DNA of 64,000 nucleotides from a virus. Numbering within the stretch: the stretch's first letter is position 1; each line of letters begins with the position of its first letter. Both the position numbers and the translations under genes were made by a program. The stretch is from positions 5,146 through 69,145 of IMG/VR virus record IMGVR_UViG_3300026116_000005. One strand, 5' to 3'. Below are positions 8,591 to 19,073 of this stretch, piece by piece. Below the pieces are notes generated by a model. That model saw nothing but the letters and a program-made list of their open reading frames with translations, did not search any database and had not been told where the DNA came from.

Positions 8591-11077
8591 CCAGGAGGAT
8601 AGCAGCCGCGCCCGCGATAAAGCCGAACGCGAAATACTTCCACGCGCGGCGGGTTGAGCCATGAGCCCGCATAGCAGTCCAGCGGAGATCATAAGCCGAG
8701 AGTAGGGGTGAGTCCTCCCGGCCCTTGATCGCAGCGACCTCTTGAGGGCTCATGGCGTCGGAAAAGTTGACTACCCGCTGTATTGTCCAGCGCGTACTCA
8801 TCACCGATTTCCAGTCGGTGTTTTTAGAAAATGGAACTCGCGGCGCAGCGGGACCGTAATCCTGTGGGCCACGAGAAATATATCGTTCTGTCATGGTCGT
8901 GTCCTTCATGGTTTTTTAAGAACGTTAGTCGTTCTTGTGATATGCGTCGCCGATCTTGCCGAAGAGCCCGGTGGCGAACGCCTCAACAGCGGGCTTCATG
9001 TGTTCTGCGATGTGGACGTAAGTGAAGAATGCGAAGCATCCAGCACAACCTACAGCCGCCCACGCGCAGACCTTGATGAAGTGTGTATTGATTTTGATTT
9101 CAATCACCTTCACTCCAGGGGCCTTCTTCTTTTTATTCTTGGCGGTCATAGGATTCCTTTCTTTGAGTTTCTACTCACCATCAAAGCTGGCGAAGCTGGC
9201 AAAACTGGTAAAGGAAAAACCAGGCGATTTTGGAATCCCCGACTAACCATCAGAAACCCTTCAGGTAAAACCTTAGCAACTATTGCTTGGCCTACTGAAA
9301 AAATCGGCTTACCCGTGCGCTGATTCCTTAGGGATAATTGAATCGATCCCGGCGCAGTTTACACCAGTCCACACGGATCGGGCTGCGTCGGGCTTTCTCC
9401 CTCGCGCGTGCCAATGGCTGCTTTGGCAAATGCGGCCAGACCCTTCGCGCATTCGGCGTCGGACGTGTAAAGCTCGCTGCGTGCTTCGTAGCTGTCTATG
9501 ATATTTTGGTGTAGAGCCCGCAGCCGCGCGTTGTCGGCATTCACTTTAATTAGCTTCTCGCCCCCTTGATAAGCGAGATCACGGAAGCGGCTAAGGTCTT
9601 TCTGAAGCTCCGCGATTCGCTGGCTCGCGGCGGTGAGCTGGGCCTCTGCATTGCACGCGCGTTCTACTTGGTGGCAGAACTGCTCGACGTGCCAATCAGT
9701 GAGTGGTCTGCCAGAGCGCACCCAATCAATTAAGTCACGAGATGCGGACATATCTGGTTTTCTCTTTCTGTTTTTTGGTGAGCTTGAGCCATCGCTCGAT
9801 TATCTTCTGATCCTTGCTGGTGAATCTTCGGGCGGACGACTCACCATTTTTCTTGCAAAGAAAAGGCCCAAGATAGGGGTGCCACTCAAAGATCAACCCT
9901 TCGAAATTATAGGTGTCGCCCATCCTAAAGATGGCACACGCCATTTTAAACGTGGTCATATTTCAGTGAGGTCAGAAAGTGCGCATACGTAAGGCATGGC
10001 GTGAGGGCGTCGCACCATCGCGTAACCTTCGGCTACGGCCATAACGCGAACCACCCAGGACTCATGTTTATATACATGTCCTTCCTCCTTATTGTGCCTG
10101 ACCCAGGTTTTCCGATTGTACGTCATTTTCTTGCCCGGCTTCACCACCTCCCCAGGTAGTCCAGCCATGGATGGCAGAGATTTCATCAAGGGCGTCCGCA
10201 GCAGTTTGCGCTGCCGTGATTTGGTTGAGGTGAGAGCTGCGCGCTTTGATTCGCTCAAGGGCCTTGACGGCGACAATGAGAGATCGGGCGCACTTACTGA
10301 GTTTGAAAAGTTCACTGGATGGTTCGTTTTGATCGGGCATAAACTATAATGGTGAGCCACTGGGCGAAGACGAATATCCAGCACGCCGCAGGCTTGCCCA
10401 TGCGGCTCGCCGTGAAGGCCAGCGCAGAGCAAGCGGTGAGCGTGATGAAATAAACCTTCCTACTCATTCGCAAGCATCTCGTCCTGATCGACGGTCGAAG
10501 ATAGGCTGACGTTGATGGTATATTTTCGATCTCCACTCATCTGCCACTTACTCACCTTTATTGACAGGCTCACGACTGGCTCATTCTCCAGGATTTCATT
10601 AGGGATATTGCAAAGCCCCACCATCATACAGTGGATTGCCTTACCCAGTTCCGTTGGTTCGAACCCAACTGGGAACGGCATGTTAGCGGTGACGTATTCT
10701 TTGCGCGGTTGTTCTTCAGACATTGTATTTGTTTTTTGGATACTAATTGCTACCATAAGCTTATCTAGCCAGGGCATTCTCGAACTCTTCCATGTCGGGC
10801 TTAAAATCTTTGGGAGTAAGATCGCTCACGATGACTTCGGGACTGAAAATAGATTGGAGGAATTTTTTCACGGCTTTGGCGGGTACTCCTTGATGCAGCG
10901 CCACACAGCGAAGCTAAATGATTCAAGGAAGGTTGCGGCTCTTTCCGCTGACTCAGTATTTGGAATCACGCCGATTACTTTATGCGACAGACCATCTTTT
11001 CCGAGGTACTCAAATTTAAGCGACTGACCTTTTTCGGAGGCTTCAGTGGAAAAGAAATTCATGTTACTTAGTTTCAA
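8568..11077 (-). other. Run of about nine small hypothetical genes (e.g. 8568-8909, 8925-9149, 9359-9751, 9735-9959, 10089-10340, 10460-10723, 10868-11077)
   Basis: Tightly coupled short minus-strand ORFs, several with single TM segments; no recognisable domains. Confidence 0.5.
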
Positions 11078-11339
11078 TTACTACGGTGCCGGTGATCCGC
11101 ACGAGTTTCCCCGAGGCCCTGTCCTGAAAATAGTAGCCGCTGCCAGAGTCTTCGGCGTGAACTTTTCCGGTGGAGGTCCACTCCCCGACTTTTTCATCGC
11201 CGGAGTAGAGGGTGACATGCGCTTCTGATCCATAGGCGGTCCACTGCGCTTGTTCGGAATTGGTGCAGGCCGATAAAAGAGCCATGGCGATAACGAGCGC
11301 GCCGAGGCCGCAAAACATTCCTTTGGTGAAGTCTCTCAT
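11064..11339 (-). CDS. Putative lipoprotein
   Basis: Hydrophobic signal with lipobox LLSAC. Confidence 0.6.
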   Translation of the reverse strand: MRDFTKGMFCGLGALVIAMALLSACTNSEQAQWTAYGSEAHVTLYSGDEKVGEWTSTGKVHAEDSGSGYYFQDRASGKLVRITGTVVIETK

Positions 11340-12055
11340 AGCTCGTCATCCTTCGGGTCTTTGAGTGTGCCCTCGCTGGCGGCGGAGTGCGGGTGAGGCA
11401 TCGAGGGATCGGCGTGCTGGATATGGCTGTCTGTAATTTGGGTGCTCACGCCGCCTGCTGCATACTGCGGGCGCTGCTCCACGCGGATCGGCTTATAGAA
11501 AGCTATCTCATCGGGCTTTGCTTCCCCCCGCGCTCTTAGCCATGTCACCGCCTCGCCTGCCTCAAAAATAGCTGCCTCATTCTCCTGGGGAGTGAAGATC
11601 GGAGAGGCTTCTTTTTCGCCAGGGTCATTTTTCACGCAGACCCAGGTGGCCTGGACATCGAGGGCTACAGTCCTCAGGATTTTGTAGAACAATGACTCAT
11701 GGCCGATGTGGGTGTCACCGGGCTGCGGAGAAGCCGGTGATGGATCGGCAGAGTAAGCCGAAGGCCCGGGAGATTTGGCCATGGCTTCAGCCTCTTTCAT
11801 AACCTCGGGTTCAGGGGCAATAAAACCTGGAGGGGGAATGTCCAGGGGCTCTCTTTTAAACCGCTGGGGAAGGGGGCAACCAGCCATCACCCATTCGCTG
11901 AAAACCTGCTCCTGAGAGAGCACCATTTTCCTTCGGGCGGATTCTTCTAAGACAAAGAGTTTGAACTGTTCCCCTACGGTGTCATCGACTACGAACCTAA
12001 AATGTTTCATGGTCACAGGTAGTGACCTAAGGTGATGGTGTGTGTCAATCACCAA
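11336..12055 (-). CDS. Hypothetical protein with RHH-like N-terminus and Pro-rich linker
   Basis: MKHFRFVVDDTVGEQF...SQEQVFSEW. Confidence 0.45.
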   Translation of the reverse strand: MVIDTHHHLRSLPVTMKHFRFVVDDTVGEQFKLFVLEESARRKMVLSQEQVFSEWVMAGCPLPQRFKREPLDIPPPGFIAPEPEVMKEAEAMAKSPGPSAYSADPSPASPQPGDTHIGHESLFYKILRTVALDVQATWVCVKNDPGEKEASPIFTPQENEAAIFEAGEAVTWLRARGEAKPDEIAFYKPIRVEQRPQYAAGGVSTQITDSHIQHADPSMPHPHSAASEGTLKDPKDDEL

Positions 12056-12058
12056 TCT

Positions 12059-12487
12059 TCACACATGCCACCCCTTGATCGACTTCGTGATGGAGCGCAG
12101 CACTTTGCTCACATTGCTTTTGTCGGTGCCGATCCACTTCCCCGCGCATCCAATCGAAGGAAAATGCACGGGTGTGCCCTCGGGGCTCACGAGCCAAAAA
12201 CTCTTCGCCAGAGTGGCCTCTCCCTTCTCTTTGCGTGGGTAGCGCCGAAGCCTCGTGTACCGCTGAATGATCTGCGGAAGGTACTTTGGGACGTTTGTGT
12301 CATGCCACTCATTGTGGTGCCTGCGGCAGAGCCAGCGCACCTCCAGCGGCTTATTGTAGTCGTCGTGATGGGCCTCCACGATCTCCGACTGGCAGACCTC
12401 GCAGGGCTGAGGAACTAATAGGCCAAGCTTCCTTGCGCGGCAGACTGCCTTCAAAATTTTCCTACGCCAAGGAGGGTCTTTTGCCAT
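12059..12487 (-). CDS. HNH-type endonuclease with NUMOD1-like C-terminal domain
   Basis: PCEVC..VEAHHDDYNKPLEVRWLCRRHH; FPSI..A.KWIG...SNVSKVL. Confidence 0.7.
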   Translation of the reverse strand: MAKDPPWRRKILKAVCRARKLGLLVPQPCEVCQSEIVEAHHDDYNKPLEVRWLCRRHHNEWHDTNVPKYLPQIIQRYTRLRRYPRKEKGEATLAKSFWLVSPEGTPVHFPSIGCAGKWIGTDKSNVSKVLRSITKSIKGWHV

Positions 12488-12740
12488 GGCCAGATGGTTT
12501 CAATTTTTTATAGGGGGTGGTCAAGCAAAATGGCCTGGGGGTGTTTTTATAAGTCATTATTTATGTGGTCTTCGTGTGTGCCGTGATCCGTAGGTGACTC
12601 TATTGATGACTGGGAGGGTGAATTGGGTGGTATGGGGGAGTGGGTACTCGGCCCTCCGGCTTCACCTTCCTGCGCGCTCCATCCGGCACGCTGAAACCCT
12701 CTGGGAACTTTGAACCGATCCGCACGCGTTTACCTAGGCG

Positions 12741-12768
12741 ACTAGACATAAGACATATTGTGTAACCT
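12741..12768. promoter_or_regulatory. dif-like XerC/XerD site (11-6-11)
   Basis: Minus strand reads AGGTTACACAA-TATGTC-TTATGTCTAGT; the right arm matches E. coli XerD arm TTATGTTAAAT at 8/11. Confidence 0.5.
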
Positions 12769-13522
12769 CTTATTGAGACGAGAGAAGAGAAACCAATGAC
12801 TTACGGAAGAAACTTGGGAGTAAAGGCAATCAATTGGAATTTAACTGAGACATGAACGAAAAAGCTTGCTTTTTTTGTCACAGTCGACGGGTTTGGAATA
12901 CGTTGAACACCCCCGAGCCATAGAGCCTCGGCTTCGGGCCTCGGCTGTGCGCTGCTTCGCAACGCTTGGTGTAATTGAAAAGCATCCGTCCCGCAGGAGA
13001 TTCTACGGTTTCCCTCCCTTCGTTTTGCGTGAGTCTTCACGTTGCCCGGCCTGTTCGTTCCCTCTCCGCAAGTGCAATGCGTTAGACGTTGGCTTGCGGG
13101 GTTGCTCGGCTCGCTCTCGTTTCCCTGGGAGATTCGGTGTTTCCTCGGCTGGTCTATGCGCAAGGCATGCAGTAATCCCCGGAAAAACTCGGGGTTTAAC
13201 CGCGTTCCGGCTCGATTCACCTCTCAGGGTTTCCCTACCTGTTAAGTAGGGTTTACAGAGAAGTTAACCAGCTTGCCAGATAGCACGCTTTCCGGGTTGT
13301 GAGCATGCTCCGAACAAAAGAAATAAATCTTACTCTTTAACTCTCTGGAAAACCGTGAGTTAGTGCGAGGCGTCTAGTTTTCTGCTCGATTCGGTGCCGC
13401 TTGTTCCGCTATTGTCTCCATCGTTGTAACTTTGGGATGCCCCGGAGCGGTCAGAGTAACAAACGGCAAAGATGCGCGTTTGTGCCGCTCCGGGAGCTAC
13501 ACCTAAGCCCAACGCTCCGGTT

Positions 13523-15125
13523 ATGGCTCTTGACGCAAAACAAATGAAAGAGGCTCGCGATTCTATCGCCTCTCACCTCCGCTCTCTCGAATCCACTCTC
13601 GAAACGTGCGAAGTCTTCACCGCAAGTGAAGTTGCCGCACTCTTAGCTTGCCGCTTGGCTGACGTGCCCGCTCGCCTTTCCAAAATGCGCGAGGAAGCGA
13701 GTTTCTTCCGCTCGGTGCTCAATCCGGTTGTGGTTCCTGTGACCGAGATTTCCCCCGAGCCCTTGCCGTCCGAATGGTCCGCCCGCCTCAACACGCCCCG
13801 CAAATGAACGATCAAGCAAAATACAGCGTGCGCGCGTATCGTTCGCGGGCCGATTTTGAAACCTCTTACGGCTACGAAACCGAACGCGAGGCCCAAAACC
13901 TCAAAGAGGCGAAGAAAATCGCCGCTTACTTTCTCTCCGCGACTTACCGGGACGTTTGCGAGGCCTCTGAATGCCTGGGATTCGCGCAAGTCATTAACCG
14001 GGCGGGAGAGTCTATTTTCGAAACAGAGGCCCGCAAATGACCCCGAAACGAATCATTCGGCGCGGGCTCTGGTGCGCGTGTCATCCTACAGGCCGGGCCT
14101 TTTGGTTTGGCTCATATTCTGAGTGTGTCCGCAAGGCTGGAAAGCGCGGGTCTGTCCGCAAAGCGGAGGCGAGCCGATGAACTCTTACCCTCGCAAAGCG
14201 GTTTCCGACTCCATCCGCGCGCACGCGCTCCGCGCCGCCAAAGGCTCGCCAGAGCTTGACGCCATCCGCACCGCTTGCCCCTTCCCGCGCGTTTCTCTCC
14301 GCAAGGCCGAATCCGGCCCGCGTAAAATCCCTTCCCTTTTCAACCAGTCGCCAAAATGAGCCGAGCAATTTTGACCAAAGTTTTGCCCGCCACTAACTCG
14401 CGCCCTACCCGCATAAAAGCACAAGCCGAGCGCGGGTCTATCGTCGTCTCCCATGACTTTGCAGGCCCCCTTGACAGTGAGGCGACGCACCGGGCCGCAG
14501 CGCACGCTCTGATCCGCAAATTTCTTTACGAGGACAAAGGCATTTACGGCACCGAAGAAACTAAAAACCCGTGGGCGCGCCCATTTGTCACGGGTTGCCT
14601 TCCTAGCGGTGAATTCTGTCACGTATTTACAAAATGAATACACCAGCTCTCAAACTCTCTGTTTTTGTCTGCCCCGGCGGACGCTTTGCCGAATGGGAAA
14701 TTCCCGGAAATGGCAAAGGCTCCATTCTCATGCAAGACGGTGAAACCCTTCCCGAATGCTTTGCCCGGGCCATGAATGAAGCGCGGGCCGAGGCGCACGC
14801 GCAAACCGTCCGCGCGGATCGTTTCCGCCTTTTCGCTTCCGAAGCCTTGGCTCGTGAAGCCTTCGAAACTTCTAAAGCCTAAGCCATGACGACGCGCGAA
14901 AATTCTCCCGTCGTCACTTGCGACAAATGCAAGGGAGCGGGCCATTACGTGTGCCAAGTCCGCAACCATGGGACCGGAGAAACCCGCGCGACTCACGTCG
15001 CGTGCGACATGCCCGGTTGCCATGGCGGAAAGGTCAACCTCTGGGAAAACACGGAAATTTTATGGGGTCACGAAAATTTGCGCGCCCTCCGCTCGCACGT
15101 TCGCCCCGCACAACGCCATCAGTGA
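13523..15125 (+). other. Early operon of seven small coupled genes (13523-13807, 13804-14040, 14037-14180, 14177-14359, 14356-14637, 14634-14882, 14886-15125)
   Basis: Successive ATGA overlaps. 14356-14637 has the I.TK.LPATN.R..RIKA...H..AA..L early-protein pattern; 14886-15125 has CxxCxGxG Zn fingers. Confidence 0.65.
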
Positions 15126-15278
15126 GGCCAAACCTAACGCTTGCGGTGAGCCGTGAGCGTTAGCCTCTGCCCTTACTCGCCTAGCCGTTCCATTTCTACC
15201 CGTCCGACTCCTCACTTTGTGAGAGTAGCCGAAACGGGCCTTGCGATAGGTTAAAGCGGGCCGGACAGTATTAAGAAA

Positions 15279-16385
15279 ATGAATACAGAAACAACTACGC
15301 TCTGGGAAGCTAACAAAGAATGGGCGAGCCGTCCGGCTGACCAAAGGTTTCAGACCTTGGCCGACCTTCGGGCCGCTGTTCACTCGCGCCGTCTGCGCTC
15401 GCGTTCGGTCGACATTGATTTGCCGAAAATTCACGTTGAACTCGGCGAAAATAACGCGCTCACGATCAATTCGGCTATCGCGCCTAGCTCGCCTTCCCAC
15501 TGGAGCTTTGGACAGTTTGCGGGCCTACTCCGCGCGCCTGCTAACTATCTCCGCACCCTTCCGCCGGAAACCCTCCGCGACTGCTTAAACCATGGCATAA
15601 AATCCGCGCCGCGCGATGCCGTCAAATTTATGACCGTTGCGAGCGAAGACGGCGGACTAAACACGCTCCAGGCCGTTACCTCGCCCACTTATGGCCGCAT
15701 CTGGGATGCTGATTGCGTCGACGCGGTGGCGCGCCTGGTTGAGCGTACCGGCGGGAAATTCAGAAACCCGCTTGCATGGGCCTCCGGTGGCTCAACTAAC
15801 ACGCTAGGGGGCGCGACCGTTCCAAGCGGACTTTATGCCTCGGATCGTGATGTTTTCATGTTTATGATTGACGGCGGGAGTCAGCTTGACGCGGGACCGC
15901 GCGCGAAGCTCAACCGGGGATTTTTCGTTAAAAATTCCGAAGTGGGAGCGGCTACGTTCACCCTCACAACGTTTCTTTTTAACACGGTCTGCGGGAATCA
16001 TATTATCTGGGGCGCGCAGGACGTAAACACGCTTTCGATTCGGCACACGAAGGGCGGACCCTATCGCTTTGATTCTGAAGCGGCCCCCACCCTGATGCAG
16101 TACGCGCAAAGCTCCGCCGTGAAAGAAGAAACCGCCATTCACAAGGCCATGGAATACCGTTTGCCGAAAGATGCGGACGAACTAGACAAGCTTCTTGCGC
16201 CTTTCAAATTCACGAAAAGCGAGCTGAAAAGCGCGTTTGACTTCGCCAAGGCTGAAGAGGGCAAGTGCGCAACCCTTTGGGACCTCGTGCAAGGCTTCAC
16301 GGCCTACGCTCGCGGTTTTGACTACCTAGACGCGCGAGTCGACCTAGAGAAACGCGCGGGCGCGCTCCTCAAAATGGTTGCCTGA
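15279..16385 (+). CDS. DUF932/DUF945-family protein
   Basis: WASRP.DQRF.TL, SHWSFGQ, TSPTYGRIWD, LYASDRDVF.F, RGFFV.NSEVG, VCGNHIIWG, IRHT motifs. Confidence 0.85.
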   Translation: MNTETTTLWEANKEWASRPADQRFQTLADLRAAVHSRRLRSRSVDIDLPKIHVELGENNALTINSAIAPSSPSHWSFGQFAGLLRAPANYLRTLPPETLRDCLNHGIKSAPRDAVKFMTVASEDGGLNTLQAVTSPTYGRIWDADCVDAVARLVERTGGKFRNPLAWASGGSTNTLGGATVPSGLYASDRDVFMFMIDGGSQLDAGPRAKLNRGFFVKNSEVGAATFTLTTFLFNTVCGNHIIWGAQDVNTLSIRHTKGGPYRFDSEAAPTLMQYAQSSAVKEETAIHKAMEYRLPKDADELDKLLAPFKFTKSELKSAFDFAKAEEGKCATLWDLVQGFTAYARGFDYLDARVDLEKRAGALLKMVA

Positions 16386-16394
16386 GTTCAAATC

Positions 16395-16446
16395 GAATCC
16401 CTAAGCCGCGCGTTAAATAGGGCGGGCGGTTTGGGGATTCTCTTTT
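16395..16446 (+). terminator. Long hairpin after DUF932 (terminator or RNase III-type site)
   Basis: GAATCCCTAAGCCGC/GCGGTTTGGGGATTC stem followed by TCTTTT. Confidence 0.55.
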
Positions 16447-16469
16447 GCACTCTCAACCTACAAAACAAA

Positions 16470-16664
16470 ATGAGCCGAAAGATTCTATTTAAACTCCTAT
16501 GGCGCGACGCTTGGCGCTCCGCCGTATATATCGCACTTGTTTACGCCGTCTCGAAAGGGCTCGCGCCGGACGAATGCGAATCAATAACCCTAGGAACGAT
16601 CATCGTTTGCTTTATGTTTTGCTCCGCTCAATACAGCGACAGAAAGCGAGGGGCTATCAAATGA
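16470..16664 (+). CDS. Small two-TM membrane protein
   Basis: A-rich leader; two hydrophobic segments. Confidence 0.5.
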   Translation: MSRKILFKLLWRDAWRSAVYIALVYAVSKGLAPDECESITLGTIIVCFMFCSAQYSDRKRGAIK

Positions 16665-16999
16665 AGCGGCAAAATTTTCCATGGCGCGAAAGCGGGGCGA
16701 ACTATTGCACCGGCTTAAACGGCGAGCGCATTTGCACTGGCGCAAAGATGGGTCGACGGGATGAGATTCCGTCAGACAAGAGTGAGGTGCTTACCCTTCA
16801 TTTGCGCAAGGTCCGAATGACTTCGGACGGCTGTTACGATCAAGGCGGAGCATACTGGGGGCAAAGCGAAACGCTTTATTGTTCCTATGGCTGGAGTCAT
16901 ACCGAAGAAAAGAGAGTAGTGATTTATGTTCGCGCTCAAAATAGAGAGGAAGCTAAGGCTCAAATTCGAGAGGAATTACCTAATGTCCTTTTTTACTAA
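16661..16999 (+). CDS. Conserved phage early protein
   Basis: MGR, LRKVRM..GCYDQGGAYWG...LY, YVRA.NREEAK motif set. Confidence 0.65.
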   Translation: MKRQNFPWRESGANYCTGLNGERICTGAKMGRRDEIPSDKSEVLTLHLRKVRMTSDGCYDQGGAYWGQSETLYCSYGWSHTEEKRVVIYVRAQNREEAKAQIREELPNVLFY

Positions 17000-17044
17000 T
17001 TTTCCCGGCGCTAACCGGGTATTCAAAAAACAAATACAAAACCA

Positions 17045-17470
17045 ATGAATGCAACAGAAGAGACAAAAACAGAAAGTAACCGCGAGAAATTCAAGCGGCT
17101 TTATATCGAATCGCTAAAAGAGGCCGTAGTTAAATATCCAGAGCAATACTACTGGCCAGCCAGCGACGCGGAGAAAGTTGCCGCCAGAATGCTTTCCGCT
17201 ATCGAGAATAACACGCCATGGGCTCACGACTCCCAGGCCTTTAAAATCCTGGCTAAAAAGCTAGGGATCAAGCCAACGAAAACCGCCCTCTTAGCAGCTT
17301 GGAACGCCTAAATGAAACTCCATACCTTTGAGGCGTATCTTGCCGCTGTGATCCTGCTTTGCGTTTACGATATTGCAGCGGAGCGCGGAGGACCAAGGCC
17401 TTTTGATGCGTCGCGCGCGGAGTCGGTCCGCACTGCAATCCACTTTTACGAGCAAGCCGCAATCGCCTAA
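17045..17470 (+). other. Two small hypothetical genes (17045-17311, 17312-17470)
   Basis: Adjacent ORFs ending at a terminator. Confidence 0.55.
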
Positions 17471-17479
17471 AATTCAGCT

Positions 17480-17514
17480 AGAGCGCGTCAAATAGGGCGC
17501 GCTCTTTTTCTTTT
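17480..17514 (+). terminator. Intrinsic terminator
   Basis: AGAGCGCGTC-AAATAG-GGCGCGCTCT followed by TTTTCTTTT. Confidence 0.8.
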
Positions 17515-17516
17515 CC

Positions 17517-19072
17517 ATGAAGTTCAAAGTTACCCCACCCGATGAAAACTTTCCGATTCTCCGCATGGTTTCCGAAGGCGGAAAATGGGAAGTCGGTTAC
17601 GTGCCTATGATTTTCGGGGTTCGTGTTCGCCTTGGCCAAGTCGGAAACGGATGGGTTGAATGCGATCTCTGTTGCGGACCTTCGCTCCTTTTAAGAGCCA
17701 AGGTCCTTTGTTATATCCTTGCCACTCTTCTGACGGCAGACGAGGCAGGGATAGACTCCAAAATGATGCGCCAGCTCTTTCCTCAGCCAACCAGAAAGCC
17801 GTTAGACCTTGACCCGATTTGGGAAAAGAAGCTTGAGGCCGTCGACATGATAGGCCCGAATCCTATCTCAACCCTAATGCTGCAAGCCTATGCCTAAGTT
17901 CTGTCTCACCGTAGGCCAGCAATACCGGCGCGAGCTTCATCCTGATGGACTGCACCCTGATGGGTGGGTGGAAATCGAAGCGCAGAGCGAGAGCGAAGCG
18001 CAGAAATTCGCGTTTATGACCTACGGAAAACAGTGGTCAAACATCTATCCTGAAAACAGATTTAACCCTCAATTTTATCCGCGCGGTTGTATCCGTTCGG
18101 TAACTACAAAACAAACCAATGAAAAGTAACGTACCAGAAGACGACGATGAGATTCCGACTCCGCTAAAAGCATTCCTTAATCATATCAAAAAGGTCACGG
18201 GTCACGATGACGATGACGGCCTTTGTGATTGCGATAAAAAGGCTAAGGCAGAGCACGAAAAGGCCGTCAGGGACATGGCCCAAAAAATACTCGCTGCAAG
18301 CTACGCCGGTCCTAGCCCGGTGGCGATTAAGCGCGCGTTTATACTGGCCGAAAGCTACGCTAAAGAATGCGAGGAGCGCATGCAGAAACTATTCCCCGAG
18401 GAGTATAAAGAGCATGCGGACCATATCGCGGAAGTCGCTGCCAAGCGCGCCGCTTTAGAAGAGGCCAAAAAAGCGGTCAATTCCGACCCTGACAAGGTGG
18501 AGTGAACTGCTTTTTATGCCAATGTCCGCTGGGCGGTTCAAACCCGCCAGCGGAGCCAAGAGGCGAAGCATCCCAGGCCGAGCGCGATCTATTCATCGCC
18601 CGGCCTCGTTGCGTTTCATGTGAGCAGAATTTTCAGAGGAATTTGTTTCTCCAAGGCGAGGCCATCCGAGAGCTGGAACGTCAAATAGGGCGGGCAAATT
18701 CTATAAACCTTGAGCCTCACGAGGCGAGAAGGCCGAGACCATTTCGAACCAATCCACACGATGCCTGAAATAGAAATCACCGAATTTATCCCGCCCATGG
18801 GGCAGACCCGTCAAATCACTCTGGAGGTTCCAGAGAAGATTTTTAAAAAGTGGGAAGCAATTAAGGCCCTAGGCCTTAGGATCACCACGGAAACCCTTTC
18901 CACGGGCGAAGTGAATGTTTGCATTGAAGAACCGCGTCTAGGCGACTTTGATTTGTTCGTCGCGCCAAACAAGGCCGACACCGTGACAAAGCTGCTCTGC
19001 TCGATGATCGAGCATTTTAACGAACAGGATTTCACTCACTGGAAAATGATGGTTTCAGACGATCAGGACTAA
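17517..19072 (+). other. Five small hypothetical genes (17517-17897, 17890-18129, 18119-18505, 18502-18768, 18761-19072)
   Basis: Overlapping coupled ORFs; 18502-18768 has two CxxC pairs. Confidence 0.55.
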
Positions 19073-19073
19073 A

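Noticed and set aside
12801-13249. ORFs listed in the divergent gap on both strands
   Set aside because: Atypical composition, non-ATG starts and no coupling to neighbours; treated as non-coding.
14041-14176. Apparent structured intergenic RNA
   Set aside because: It is a 47-aa ORF (14037-14180) with ATGA overlaps at both ends.
15198-15240. Possible hammerhead ribozyme (CCCGTC ... GAAACGGG would form stem III)
   Set aside because: No CUGANGA core or proper stem II between the two halves.
16398-16440. Pistol-ribozyme-like words (CCCTAAGC, GTTAAATAG)
   Set aside because: The elements are in the wrong order, and a simple hairpin explains the sequence.
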